Part shown: piece after piece, positions 31,426 through 41,392 of the stretch | Layout: every line of letters starts with the position of its first letter | Numbering within the stretch: the stretch's first letter is position 1 | Source of the DNA: an uncultured delta proteobacterium | GTDB lineage: Bacteria; Desulfobacterota; BSN033; UBA1163 | Reading direction: 5' to 3' | Length of the DNA stretch: 64,000 nt | Assembly (NCBI GenBank): GCA_963708295.1 | Contig: CAVPSJ010000008.1 | Coordinates: 64,001-128,000, forward strand | The notes under the pieces: generated by a model | Database searches by the model: none | The model's input: the letters and a program-made list of their open reading frames with translations, nothing else | Told to the model about the DNA's origin: nothing | Position numbers and translations under genes: made by a program

Positions 31426-32454
31426 ATGATGAAACGATGGATCTCTGTGATATCCGTGCTCGGTGTCGCTCACGCTGTTTGCAGCCACTGATCTGTATGC
31501 GGCCCCGTTTTACGAGGGCAAGATCGTGCGCGTCACCGTCGGCTTTTCTGCCGGGGGAGGCTTCGACCTGTGGGCGCGCGTCGTCGCTCGCCATTTGGGA
31601 AGGAACATTCCCGGGCAATCCCACGGTCATCGTGGAGAACATCACCGGAGCGGGCGGCCTCATCCAGACGAACAAGCTCTTCAAGGCGACCAAGCCGGAC
31701 GGACTGACCATCGGCCACATCAACGGCGGACTTATCCTGAGCCAGATGATGGGCCAGCCGGGGTACGACTTCGACAGCCAGAAGTTCATCTACATCGGCG
31801 CCGCCAACAAGGAGAACACCGTATTCGTCTTCGGCAAGAAGAGCGGCATGACCTCGGCCGACAAGTGGCGGACCTCGTCCGTCGCCTGTCAAGATCGGCG
31901 GCCTTGTGACCGGGAATTTTATCGACAACTGCGACCGGGTGATGAAAGACGTGCTCGGCTTTCCCACGCAGATCATCACCGGCTACAAGGGCACGGCCGA
32001 CATCCTCATCGCCACGGAGAGCGGTGAATTGGCCGGTGGCGCCGCATCCTGGGACGGCGTGAAGACCAACCGGAAGAGAGCCATCGAGGCGGGCGATATG
32101 ATTGTCGTCCTCCAGTGCGTGCCGAAGCCCCTCAAGGAACTCCCGAACGTTCCCAAGATGATCGACTTTGCAAAGACCGACGAGCAGAAGAAGTTTGTCC
32201 AGATCGTGATCCATGACGCAAACGACTACTCGAGGCCCTTTGCCGTCCCTCCGGGAACGCCGAAGGATCGTGTTGAGATTCTGCGCAAGGCCTTCCAGGA
32301 GACGATGAAGGATAAGGAGTTCCTGGCTGAGATAGACAAAATGCAGTTGACCCTCGATCCGACGACCGGCGAAGAACTGACGGCCGCGGTGGCAGGCTCC
32401 TCCAAGCTGGATCAGGCCACGCTGGCCAAGCTCAAAGATATCCTCTTCAAATAG
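31426..32454 (+). CDS. tctC: Tripartite tricarboxylate transporter substrate-binding protein (TctC/Bug); about three frameshifts
   Basis: FYEGK...VGFSAGGGFD..AR, PGNPTVIVENITGAGG...KPDGLTI, GYKGT...ESGE, RPFAVPPGTP..RV..LR.AF spread over three overlapping ORFs. Confidence 0.85.
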
Positions 32455-32505
32455 GACAGGGACCGATAGGCGGCCGGCAAAACCCGTCGGCATGGGAGGC
32501 AGGTC

Positions 32506-34546
32506 ATGTTAGAGACTGCGCAGTCGTTTCTTCTCGGTTTGACGCAGATCTTTACGGTGACGACCTTCGGGCTCATGCTCTTCGGTATCGCGATCGGTTT
32601 TGCGGTCGGGATCCTGCCGGGACTGGGAGGACCGACGGCGATGGCACTGATGCTGCCCTTCGTCGTGAAGATGACCCCGGTCGAAGCCTTCGCGTTCCTG
32701 CTCGGTATGGCCTGCGTCGTCAACACGACCGGAGACATCACGTCCGTGCTGTTCGGCATTCCGGGTGAGCCGACGACTGCCGCCACCATTGTGGACGGCC
32801 ATCCGATGGCGAAAAAGGGCGAGGCCGGCCGCGCCCTCGGCGCAGTCCTGATGGCCGCGCTGATCGGCTCCATCTTCGGCGCCTTTATGCTTGCGATCGC
32901 CGTTCCCATCGTGCGGCCCCTCGTGCTCTCCTTCGGATCACCCGAGTTCTTCATGCTCGCTCTTCTCGGCATCACGTTCGTGGCATCGCTGAGCGGCGCC
33001 GACGTCATCAAGGGTCTCTATCTCGGGAGGATTGGGCCTTTTTGTTGCGACGGTGGGCCTCGACCCTGTCTCCGGCATTCAGCGCTTCACCTTCGGCCAG
33101 ACGTTCCTGTGGGACGGCATCGGGCTGGTGCCGATCACCATCGGTTTTTTCGCGATCCCGGAGATCATCGATCTTGCGGTGACGGGTTCGAGCATCGCCG
33201 GCGGACGGACCGGAGCGCTGGGCGGGGTCAAGGAGGGCATCCGCGACGTATTCCGTCACATCTGGCTCGTTCTCCGCTGCGCGGCTATCGGCACGTTCTG
33301 CGCGATCATACCCGGCATGGGAGGCGCGACGACCCAGTGGCTTTCTTACGCCCACGCCGTCCAGAGCTCTCCCGACAAGGAGCGCTTCGGCAAAGGGGCC
33401 ATCGAAGGGGTGCTGGGTCCGGGGGCGTCCAACAACTCGACGCTCGGTGGCAGCCTGATCACGACCATCTCTTTCGGGATTCCGGCCAGCGTCTTCATGG
33501 CGATTCTCATCGGGGCCTTCATCATGCACGGCGTCGTCCCCGGCCCGGACATGCTCCGGCCGGAATCGCAGGGAGGACACCTCGGCCTCACTTACTCCTT
33601 CGTCTGGATCGTGGTCATCTCGAACCTCATCACCGTGGGCATGATCTTTCTCCTCCTGAAACAGATCGTCAAGGTGACGTACATACGCGGCAGCCTGCTC
33701 ATCCCCTTCATCCTGATGCTCATCTACCTCGGCGCCTTCGCCGAGAAGAATGCCTTCCCGGATCTGATTCTGGTCCTGATCTTCGGCGGACTGGGCTGGG
33801 TACTGGAAAAGCTCAAATGGCCGCGACCGCCCTTGATCCTCGGGCTGGTGCTCGGAGGACTGGCGGAGAGCAGGCTCTTTCTTTCCGTGGGCAATTATGG
33901 CTTGAGCTGGATCTGGCGTCCCATGGTCCTTGTGCTCATCGCGGTCACCCTGTTCGGCGCCCTTTACTCCGTTCTTAAAGGAAGGAAGGAGAAGAGAAGA
34001 CATCGGATGGTGGAAGCCGTTGAGAGTGGTTCAGGGGCCAGGGTGAGGGCAAAGGGCGACGATCAACAAGTGGTCAGCGATTTTTGCTCTTGGCCTCGTC
34101 GATCATCCTTGCCCTTGCGCTCTGGCAGAGCAGGAACTTCAACGTCCGGGCCGGACTCTTTCCCTGGGCGATCGGTTTCCCGCTCCTTGGACTTTTGCTC
34201 CTGCAATTCGTCCGAGAGCTCATGGGCAAAGCCGGTGTTCGGTCGCGGGGACGATACCGTCGAAGAGGAGGACCAGGGGGTGCCCGCTGATGTGGCGAAC
34301 CGCCGGACGAGAAACATGTTCGGCTGGATTATCGTCTACTTCCTGGCTATCTGGCTCCTCGGCTTCACCATAGGGGCCACCCTGTGCTGTTTCATCCAGC
34401 TCAAATTTGCATCCAAGGAGAAGTGGCTGATCACCCTGATCCTGACTGCGGGTCTTTGGGCCTTCGTCTACCTGTTGTTTGACCGCACGCTCCACGTGCC
34501 ATTCCCGGCGGGATATCTCTTTGAGGTACTGGGGATGGCGGAATAA
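32506..34546 (+). CDS. tctA: TctA permease with C-terminal TctB-like module (probable fusion); frameshifts near 33020, 34085 and 34240
   Basis: GILPGLGG, IPGEP...DGHPMAKKGEAGRAL, FGKGAIEGV..P.ASNN, LILGLVLG; TctB-like AGLFPWAIG and WLLGF...LFDRTLHVPFP. Confidence 0.85.
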
Positions 34547-34586
34547 GGGAGATAACTTTTTTGCCCAAGAATAGGAGGGCCCAAGA

Positions 34587-35580
34587 ATGTCGAAGCTCAG
34601 ACTGACACTCGCTTGCTGGAACTACGACCGGACCCGGGGCCTGGCCGATGGCTCTGTTCAGCCGGATGGCATTGATCTGACCTACTTGAATCTTCCGGTT
34701 GAAGAGACATTCTTCCGAATGCTGCGATACCGGGAGTTTGAAGTAGCGGAGATGTCCCTGTCCTCGTACACGGTCTCGCTGTTCCGGGAGGATCCGCCTT
34801 TTATCGCCATCCCGGTCTTTCCCGTCACGGTCCTTTCGCCACAATGCAATCTTTGTTTCGACAAAAAGCGGTGTACGGGAGCCGAAGGACCTGATTGGCA
34901 AGCGGGTGGGCAATCCCGAGTACCAGTTGACGGCGCAGGTGTGGATCCGTGGAATCCTCTCCGATGAATACGGTGTCGCACCCGCCTCTGTCGAGTACTG
35001 GACCGGAGGCGAAGAAGAACCCGGCCGTGAAGAGAAGATCGCTCTTGACTTGCCGCCGGAATTCAAGATCCGGCGGATCGGGCCGCATCAGACGCTCTCA
35101 CAGATGCTCGCCGACGGAGATCTGGACGCACTCTACGCCCCCCGGATCCCGTCGACTCTCGCATCGAGACCGAAGGACGTGCGCCGGCTCTTCGAAAATT
35201 ATGCGGAGGTCGAACACGCTTACTTTTCAAAAACGAGGATCTTTCCCATCATGCACGCTGTCGTCATTCGCCGAGACGTCTACCGCGCTTATCCATGGGT
35301 CGCCCAGTCGTTGTATAAAGCGTTTGCCGAATCCCAGCGCCTCATCTATAAAGACCTCGAAGAGACTGCGGCGCTCAAGGCCATGCTCCCTTGGCTCTCC
35401 GTGCACGTCGAAGAACTGAAGCGAACGATGGGGGCGGACTGGTGGCCCTACGGATTCGAATCCAACCGGCACGTGATCGAAACGTTTCTGCGCTACCACC
35501 ATGAGCAGGGGCTCTCCAAGCGAAGGCTTCAGCCCGAGGAGTTATTTGCCCCCGAAACGCTGGCAGCCTACAAAATCTGA
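34587..35580 (+). CDS. 4,5-dihydroxyphthalate decarboxylase-like / periplasmic-binding-fold protein; one frameshift near 34830
   Basis: LTLACWNYDRTR.L.DG.V.PDGIDL, EFEVAEMSLSSY, PEYQLTA.VW.RG.L, FPIMH.VVIR, WPYG..N, HHEQGLS.R. Confidence 0.82.
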
Positions 35581-35819
35581 AGGTTCTTCGCGTCCCAAGG
35601 CGCTATTCGCCCGCAAAACCTAAACGTTGCCGTTCCTGCGAGCTGGCATTACCTCCGGCGGTTCAGCCGAAATCACCCCGGAAAACTTGATGAAGATGGG
35701 GGCAAAGATGCTTTTTTTTCAGCTCCTCTCACGCTTGACATTGAAACCTAGGTTTGTTAAGAACTCAATATTTGAGGCATTTTAAGAGCACACTTGAGGA
35801 AAGAAAAGGAGAAATTCTT

Positions 35820-37013
35820 ATGGAGGATCCAAAAGAGAGACTGACGACGAGTATTTCGACTGCCGAGCTTGAGCGGAGATGGAAAGCTGCACGAGAGATG
35901 ATGCGTGCAAAGAAGATTGATTTCTTGGTGATGAGGCAGGATGAAGAATTCCTGGGCGGTTATGTGAAGTGGTTTAGCGATTTTTCTGCCCGTCACAGCT
36001 ATCCGTTTACGGTCATCTTTCCCGTGGACGAGGAGATGACCTTTATCACCTGCGGAGGGTTTCCTCCGGCCGAGCCCGGGTTCCCTCCCCAGTGGGCCGT
36101 GCGTGGGGTAAAGAAGAGATTGGGAGCTCCTTACTTTGAGTCGGTTCACTACACCAGCACTTATGACGCAGAATTAGCCGTGGGAGTGTTGAAAGAGAAG
36201 AAGCAGGCAACGGTCGGATGGCTGGGAAAGTCGTATATCCCCATTACTTTTTATGAATATTTGAGAAAGCATCTGCCGGGGCGGAAGTTTGTGGACGCCA
36301 CGGATGAGATCGATCAGATCAAGGTCATTAAGAGCGCAGAGGAGATTGAGCTGATTAAAGGCACCGCGGCGCTTCAAGATGTGGCCATGGAGCACGTGCG
36401 AAAGTCCATCCGTCCGGGACGGAGAACTTTTGAGATGTTGGCGGAAGCCCAGTATTCCTGCGTGATGCAGGGGAGTGAACGCCAGCTGATCTTAGTCAAT
36501 TCCGGCCCTCCCGGGATGCCGGTCCCGTTTGTTTTCCGTCGTTTTCAAAACAGGGTCATCAGAGAGGGAGATCAGTTTTCAATCCTGCTCGAGGTGAATG
36601 GGCCTGGAGGTTTTTATACAGAATTAGGTCGTATTTTTTCGCTCGGAAAGCCTCCGCAAGCCTTGCAGGATGCGTATGGGGTCGCTCGCGAAGCTCAGGA
36701 AGTAACGCTTAAATTGTTAAAACCCGGGGCGAGCCCGAAAGATATCTCGGATGCCAATAATGATTTTCTGGAGAAGAGGGGATATTTGCCCGAGAAGCGA
36801 CTTTATGCGCACGGCCAGGGGTACGACCTGGTAGAGAGGCCCCTGATTCGGCATGACGAGCCGATGAAGATTCAAGCGGGGATGAATTTAACCATTCACC
36901 CGGGGGCGACGAATTCGACGGTATGGGCCACGGTTTGTGACAACTACCTGGTTACCGAGACAGGGGTGAGCCCGTGCCTTCATAAGACCCCGAAAGAAAT
37001 AATCGTAGTCTAG
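35820..37013 (+). CDS. M24 (creatinase/prolidase-fold) hydrolase with non-canonical metal ligands
   Basis: ELERRW..AR..M, IKSAEEI, LEVNGPGGFYTELGR, HGQG, TIHP, VCDNYLV. Confidence 0.8.
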   Translation: MEDPKERLTTSISTAELERRWKAAREMMRAKKIDFLVMRQDEEFLGGYVKWFSDFSARHSYPFTVIFPVDEEMTFITCGGFPPAEPGFPPQWAVRGVKKRLGAPYFESVHYTSTYDAELAVGVLKEKKQATVGWLGKSYIPITFYEYLRKHLPGRKFVDATDEIDQIKVIKSAEEIELIKGTAALQDVAMEHVRKSIRPGRRTFEMLAEAQYSCVMQGSERQLILVNSGPPGMPVPFVFRRFQNRVIREGDQFSILLEVNGPGGFYTELGRIFSLGKPPQALQDAYGVAREAQEVTLKLLKPGASPKDISDANNDFLEKRGYLPEKRLYAHGQGYDLVERPLIRHDEPMKIQAGMNLTIHPGATNSTVWATVCDNYLVTETGVSPCLHKTPKEIIVV

Positions 37014-37168
37014 CAGGCCGCTGAAAAACGCCCATCTGCGGCGTCTCCCTCATCCTTCGTCGTTGCGGCGTACCGCGAAGTACGCCTCACTTCTCAGGAT
37101 TTCGGGCGCCTTGCATCTGGGCATTTTTGAGCAGCCTTCGAAAAGTGATTTTTTTCAGCAGGTTGGTA
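37011..37168. mobile_element. MITE-like element, copy 1
   Basis: Imperfect terminal inverted repeats TAGCAGGCCGCTGAAAAA / TTTTTCAGCAGGTTGGTA; body closely matches 53458-53671. Confidence 0.8.
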
Positions 37169-37190
37169 AAATTACGGGAGGAGATCGCAC

Positions 37191-38123
37191 ATGAAATTGG
37201 TGATACTGGAACAGAGAGCCGAGGCATACAAGAAGGCGTTGAGCCCCAAGTTTCCTGAGGTGACCATTCACGCAGCCGCCCAGGAGGCTGAGGTTGGAAA
37301 ATTTATCGAGGAGACGGATGTTTTGTTGACGATACGCATTTCGGACGATCTCCTCAAGAAGGCCACAAAACTCAAATGGATTCATGCCCTCACGACGGGG
37401 GTCGACTATCTTGTCAATCTCCCTTCGCTGAGGAAAGAGGTTATCCTCACTTCTACCCGGGGTATTCACGGTCCCCAGGTTTCGGAAATGGCCTTCCTTC
37501 TGATGCTTGCTTTAAGCAGGAATTTTCCTGAAGTCGTTCGCAACCAGGATAAGGGCCTATGGGAGCGTTGGGCCGGAAAACTTCTTTGGAAGAAAAAGGT
37601 AGGAATCCTTGGGGTAGGAGTGATCGGGGAGGAGATTGCTCGGAAGTGTAAGGTCTTTGGGATGGAGGTCTTCGGGATCGATATCATCAAGAGAAAACTG
37701 GACTGCATCGATGCTTTCTATGGGCCTGAGGATATGGTCAAGGTGGCAAAAGAGGTGGACTATCTGGTAATCGTGGCTCCCAATACACCTGAGACGGAAA
37801 AGATCATAGACTCGAAAGTCCTTTCGGCCATGAAACCGACTGCCTTTTTGCTCAACCTGGGGAGAGGAGAACTCGTGGACGAGGAAGCATTGATTCGTGT
37901 CCTGAAGTCAGGGAAGATCGCCGGTGCAGGTCTGGATACCTACTGGAAGGAACCGCTGCCCAAAGAGCATCCGTTCTGGGGAATGAAGAATGTGATCGTC
38001 AGCCCCCACGTGGCGGGAATGAGCGATATCTACGTGGAACAGGCTCTGACGATTTTCGAAGAGAACCTTCGCCGGTTCATCAAAGGGGAAAAGCAAAACT
38101 TGCTTAATGTTGTGAAGGGGTAA
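37191..38123 (+). CDS. D-2-hydroxyacid dehydrogenase family protein
   Basis: GVD, GILGVGVIG, P.TPET, LNLGRG..VDE, AGLD...EPLP, SPHVAG. Confidence 0.92.
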   Translation: MKLVILEQRAEAYKKALSPKFPEVTIHAAAQEAEVGKFIEETDVLLTIRISDDLLKKATKLKWIHALTTGVDYLVNLPSLRKEVILTSTRGIHGPQVSEMAFLLMLALSRNFPEVVRNQDKGLWERWAGKLLWKKKVGILGVGVIGEEIARKCKVFGMEVFGIDIIKRKLDCIDAFYGPEDMVKVAKEVDYLVIVAPNTPETEKIIDSKVLSAMKPTAFLLNLGRGELVDEEALIRVLKSGKIAGAGLDTYWKEPLPKEHPFWGMKNVIVSPHVAGMSDIYVEQALTIFEENLRRFIKGEKQNLLNVVKG

Positions 38124-38140
38124 AGGGAGGGAGAGAAGAG

Positions 38141-38599
38141 TTGGTTGAGGAGAGGATTAAGGACGCGACAAAGATTCTGAATCTTCTAAGGTCCATGGCG
38201 GGCTACAAACCCCATTTTGAGATCCTCGGAAATTACCGTCTGATTGACGATGGCGTCCGACCCGAGGCGACCATTATGCTCCGGGCCAACGGGAAGGAGA
38301 TGCACGAGGCAGAGACAGGGGTGGGGCCGGTCGATGCCCTCGCGAAGGTGTTGAAGAAATCGTTGAAATCGATTTTCCCTGAGATTGATCAGGTGAAACT
38401 GATCGACTTCAGCTCCAGAATCTTCGACCCAGGGGCTGGAACCGCAGCAGGAGTGGAGGTCGAGATTTTGTTCAGCAACAGTCAGGACGCATGGAGAGTG
38501 AAGGCTTTTTCAGAGAATATTAATAAGGCCTCTTTTCTGGCGTTAGTGGATGGGTTTGAGTATGGAATCTATGTCTCAAGAGAGAAGAAGGACGGGTAA
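38141..38599 (+). CDS. Stand-alone LeuA/CimA-type allosteric (dimerisation) domain
   Basis: EATI.L...G...HEAETGVGPVDAL...L.K.L..IFPEI..VKL.DF, GTAA.V, SENI.KAS..ALVDG.EY; no TIM-barrel catalytic domain. Confidence 0.8.
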   Translation: MVEERIKDATKILNLLRSMAGYKPHFEILGNYRLIDDGVRPEATIMLRANGKEMHEAETGVGPVDALAKVLKKSLKSIFPEIDQVKLIDFSSRIFDPGAGTAAGVEVEILFSNSQDAWRVKAFSENINKASFLALVDGFEYGIYVSREKKDG

Positions 38600-38602
38600 C
38601 GC

Positions 38603-38735
38603 AATTTCAAATGTCAAAATCCCTGCCTTCGCCGAAGCGGCTTCGCGCAGGCAGGCAAATGCCAAATTAGATCCAAAGCCCCCAAATGACAAGCAAACCA
38701 AATTTCTTGAACTTTAAACTTTGACATCTGGCATT
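38603..38735. repeat. Heptamer-periodic inverted-repeat element, copy 4, with palindromic insert at 38622-38655
   Basis: AATTTC AAATGTC AAAATC[CCTGCCTTCGCCGAAGCGGCTTCGCGCAGGCAGG]C AAATGCC ... CTTTAAA CTTTGAC ATCTGGC ATT. Confidence 0.75.
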
Positions 38736-38759
38736 CGGCCAAATAATCGGAGGAATAGG

Positions 38760-38936
38760 ATGGATCGTAAGAGCATAGAGGAGGCCATTAAGGAAAAGGC
38801 CAAGGATGGAAAACTTCCTTGTGCCGTGTGCTTCAAAATAGCTGAAGAATTTGGCATTTCGAATAAGGAAATGGGAAAGATCCTGAATGAGATGAAGGTT
38901 AAAATCGGCCACTGTCAGTTGGGCTGCTTTGAATGA
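38760..38936 (+). CDS. Small Cys-containing protein (58 aa)
   Basis: GGAGG SD; DGKLPCAVCFKIAEEFG...GKILNE.KVKI.HCQLGCF. Confidence 0.75.
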   Translation: MDRKSIEEAIKEKAKDGKLPCAVCFKIAEEFGISNKEMGKILNEMKVKIGHCQLGCFE

Positions 38937-38945
38937 TTTTTCTGC

Positions 38946-39002
38946 TTGACATGGGTAATCATTTGAATATAATGATCGGGACTTAGAATGAATAATTCAC
39001 TC
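38946..39002 (+). promoter_or_regulatory. Sigma-70 promoter and palindromic operator of the cstA operon
   Basis: TTGACA-N16-TATAAT (38946-38973); GAATGAAT-A-ATTCACTC near-perfect palindrome (38986-39002). Confidence 0.65.
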
Positions 39003-39108
39003 AGAGCAAAAATAAAAGGAGGTGAATGGTTCATTATTGAAGCGAAAAGGGTGGGGGGAATTCATTACTATCTCGTAGGTGATTTTATCACCACAAGGAG
39101 GTAACATT

Positions 39109-40794
39109 ATGAATTCAGTTGTTGTTTTGATCATCGGGTTTCTCGTTTTTTTCATCGGTTATCGTTTCTATTCGAAGTACGTTGATACGAAAATTGTTAA
39201 ATCTGACCCGAAGAGGGCCACTCCGGCCAAGATGTATATGGATGGAGTCGAATTCATGCCCACCAGCAAGAACATCCTCTTCGGCTACCAGTTCAAATCG
39301 ATTGCTGGCGCAGCCCCGGTGATCGGACCCATCCTTGCGATCCAATGGGGATGGCTCCCTTGTTTGTTATGGCTCTGCCTTGGCGCGTTGTTCATTGGAT
39401 GGGTTCATGATTACTCGAGCGCTGTCGTAGCCATGCGAAATGAAGGAGCTTCCTTCGGGGGGTTGAGTTACAAATTAATCTCGCCGAGAGCTCGGGTTAT
39501 TCTCCTCTCCTTTATCTATTTCTTTCTGCTTCTCATCGCCGGCGCCTTTGGAGCGATCGTTGTCAACGCAGCCACCGGGCAGAAAAGTGCTCCCATGGCC
39601 TGGCTCCTTCTCACCATCGGTGGCGTTCTTGCTGGACAGATGATCTATCGATGGAAGAAAGACATCGTTCTGACTACCATTATCTGTGTCGTTATTGCGT
39701 TGCTGGGGATCTATCTTGGAACAGTTGCTCCTTCTAACAGTATCCTTGGAAGTGCAATTGCCGGCGACAAATATGTATGGGGCATTGTTGCGCTTGTCTT
39801 CTGCTACTTCGCTGCGGTCTTACCGATCTGGAGATTTGCCCTTCCCATTAACTATGTCGCCTCCTATATCGTTTTCCTCGGTCTCTTATTCGGGATCATT
39901 GGAGTATTTGTCCTCCATCCCGATTTTACACTGCCTGCTTATACAGGTTTCAATATCAAAATCGGACCTCTCTGGCCGATCCTGTTTGTGACGATCGCTT
40001 GCGGAGCAATCTCTGGATGGCACAGTATCGTTTCCAGTTCGGGAACAGCCAGGCAATTAGAGTTCGAACCGGATGCCCGTCCAGTAGGGGGCGGTGTGAT
40101 GTTTGTGGAAATGATGCTGGGTTTGTTCGCCCTGGTCATTGCCGGAACGATTTTTGCTTCGCCTTCCGAATATTCAGCAGCGATAGTAAAAGGGCCCATT
40201 CCCGTATTCGCAGCGGGAGTGTCCAAATTCTTAGGTGCGTTGGGGATGCCTGCTGCAATAGGAAGTTCCTACGGCGCAGTCATGTTAATCATCCTGGCAG
40301 TCACCATCCTTCAACTGGTTATCCGGTTTATGCGAGTGGCCACATCAGAGATTTTGGGGGATATTAGCCCCATCTTTAAGAATGTCCATGTCGGAACCAC
40401 TATCGCCAGCGTTCTCACACTGCTCCTGATCTGGACAGGATGGTGGCAATATCTCTGGGTCCTTTTTGGAGGAGCCAACCAGTTGATGGCCTCCCTGGCT
40501 CTGATGCTGATGACCCTGTGGTTGATGTCGCAGGGGAAATCCTACAAATGGACCTTTTACCCGATGATTTTTATGTTTGTTACGACAATCGCCGCCCTGG
40601 TGGTTACCTCTTATAGACTTTTCACCGCTGTGTTTACAGGTGCGGTGAAGGGAGAGGCGTATGTCGGGAACATACTGATGGGCTTGGTTGGGATCTTCCT
40701 CATCATTGCTGCACTCATTCTGGGAGCGGAAGGATTAAAGGCTTTTGGTCGTTATAAGGCTGTAAGGGCGGAAGGAGCCCCTGCCAAAGCATGA
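39109..40794 (+). CDS. cstA: Carbon starvation protein A family transporter
   Basis: TPA..YMDGVEF.PT, F.SIAGAAP..GPI.A..WGWLP, ITIACGAISG-like VTIACGAISGWHS, W.LFGGANQL.A; many TMs. Confidence 0.93.
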   Translation: MNSVVVLIIGFLVFFIGYRFYSKYVDTKIVKSDPKRATPAKMYMDGVEFMPTSKNILFGYQFKSIAGAAPVIGPILAIQWGWLPCLLWLCLGALFIGWVHDYSSAVVAMRNEGASFGGLSYKLISPRARVILLSFIYFFLLLIAGAFGAIVVNAATGQKSAPMAWLLLTIGGVLAGQMIYRWKKDIVLTTIICVVIALLGIYLGTVAPSNSILGSAIAGDKYVWGIVALVFCYFAAVLPIWRFALPINYVASYIVFLGLLFGIIGVFVLHPDFTLPAYTGFNIKIGPLWPILFVTIACGAISGWHSIVSSSGTARQLEFEPDARPVGGGVMFVEMMLGLFALVIAGTIFASPSEYSAAIVKGPIPVFAAGVSKFLGALGMPAAIGSSYGAVMLIILAVTILQLVIRFMRVATSEILGDISPIFKNVHVGTTIASVLTLLLIWTGWWQYLWVLFGGANQLMASLALMLMTLWLMSQGKSYKWTFYPMIFMFVTTIAALVVTSYRLFTAVFTGAVKGEAYVGNILMGLVGIFLIIAALILGAEGLKAFGRYKAVRAEGAPAKA

Positions 40795-40845
40795 GTTTTA
40801 GGCCCCGGGAGTAGGAGGAGGCGACTCCCCAATTCCAAGTGAATA

Positions 40846-40941
40846 CCCTCCCGCTGGATGCCTGCCTGCCGGTAGGGCGGGTGAGGGTGGCTTTCAAATC
40901 CCCCCATCCCCCCTTTTTCTAAAGGGGGGTGAGGGGGGATT
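40846..40941. repeat. REP-like palindrome cluster inside the cstA operon
   Basis: CCCTCCC...[GCCTGCCTGCCGGTAGG]GCGGGTGAGGGTG, then AATCCCCCC ATCCCCCCTTT-ttct-AAAGGGGGGT GAGGGGGGATT. Confidence 0.7.
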
Positions 40942-40968
40942 AATTTTTTCATAAGGAGAGATTTCTTT

Positions 40969-41241
40969 ATGGCAAAAGAGGAGAAGAAGAAAGGGGGGCT
41001 TCTGCAAGCGGTTAGAGAGTTTGTTTACGGGGTGGCGGCTCACGATTCAGCACGATTTGCTATGAAGACAAGGGCGAGCATGGAGCATCTCTTCATCCTC
41101 ATCACTATGGGAGATATGCTGGGTGTTCCAATCCTGCCACCTTACTACTCCCTGCGGCTATTACCTTATGTGGTTCCTCAGATCTCCACCTGGAAACGGA
41201 GGATGCTGAGGGAAAAAGATTTTACGGATGCGCTGGCCTAA
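40969..41241 (+). CDS. Small CstA/ArsA-associated protein (90 aa)
   Basis: AAGGAG SD; hydrophobic Pro-rich core LFILITMGDMLGVPILPPYYSLRLLPYVVP followed by WKRR. Confidence 0.8.
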   Translation: MAKEEKKKGGLLQAVREFVYGVAAHDSARFAMKTRASMEHLFILITMGDMLGVPILPPYYSLRLLPYVVPQISTWKRRMLREKDFTDALA

Positions 41242-41247
41242 GAAGGC

Positions 41248-41375
41248 AAATTCGAGATTCGAAATCCGAAGCACGAAACAAATTCAAATTTCGAAATATC
41301 GAAGACGGTTTAGATCATTTGAATTCTAGCCGACTGAGTTTGTTTCGGGTTTCGAGATTCGATATTCGGATTTTT
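41248..41375. repeat. Heptamer-periodic inverted-repeat element, copy 5
   Basis: AAATTC GAGATTC GAAATCC GAAGCAC GAAAC AAATTC AAATTTC ... GAGTTT GTTTC GGGTTTC GAGATTC GATATTC GGATTT. Confidence 0.8.
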
Positions 41376-41392
41376 AGTTTTTAAAGAAAGGG

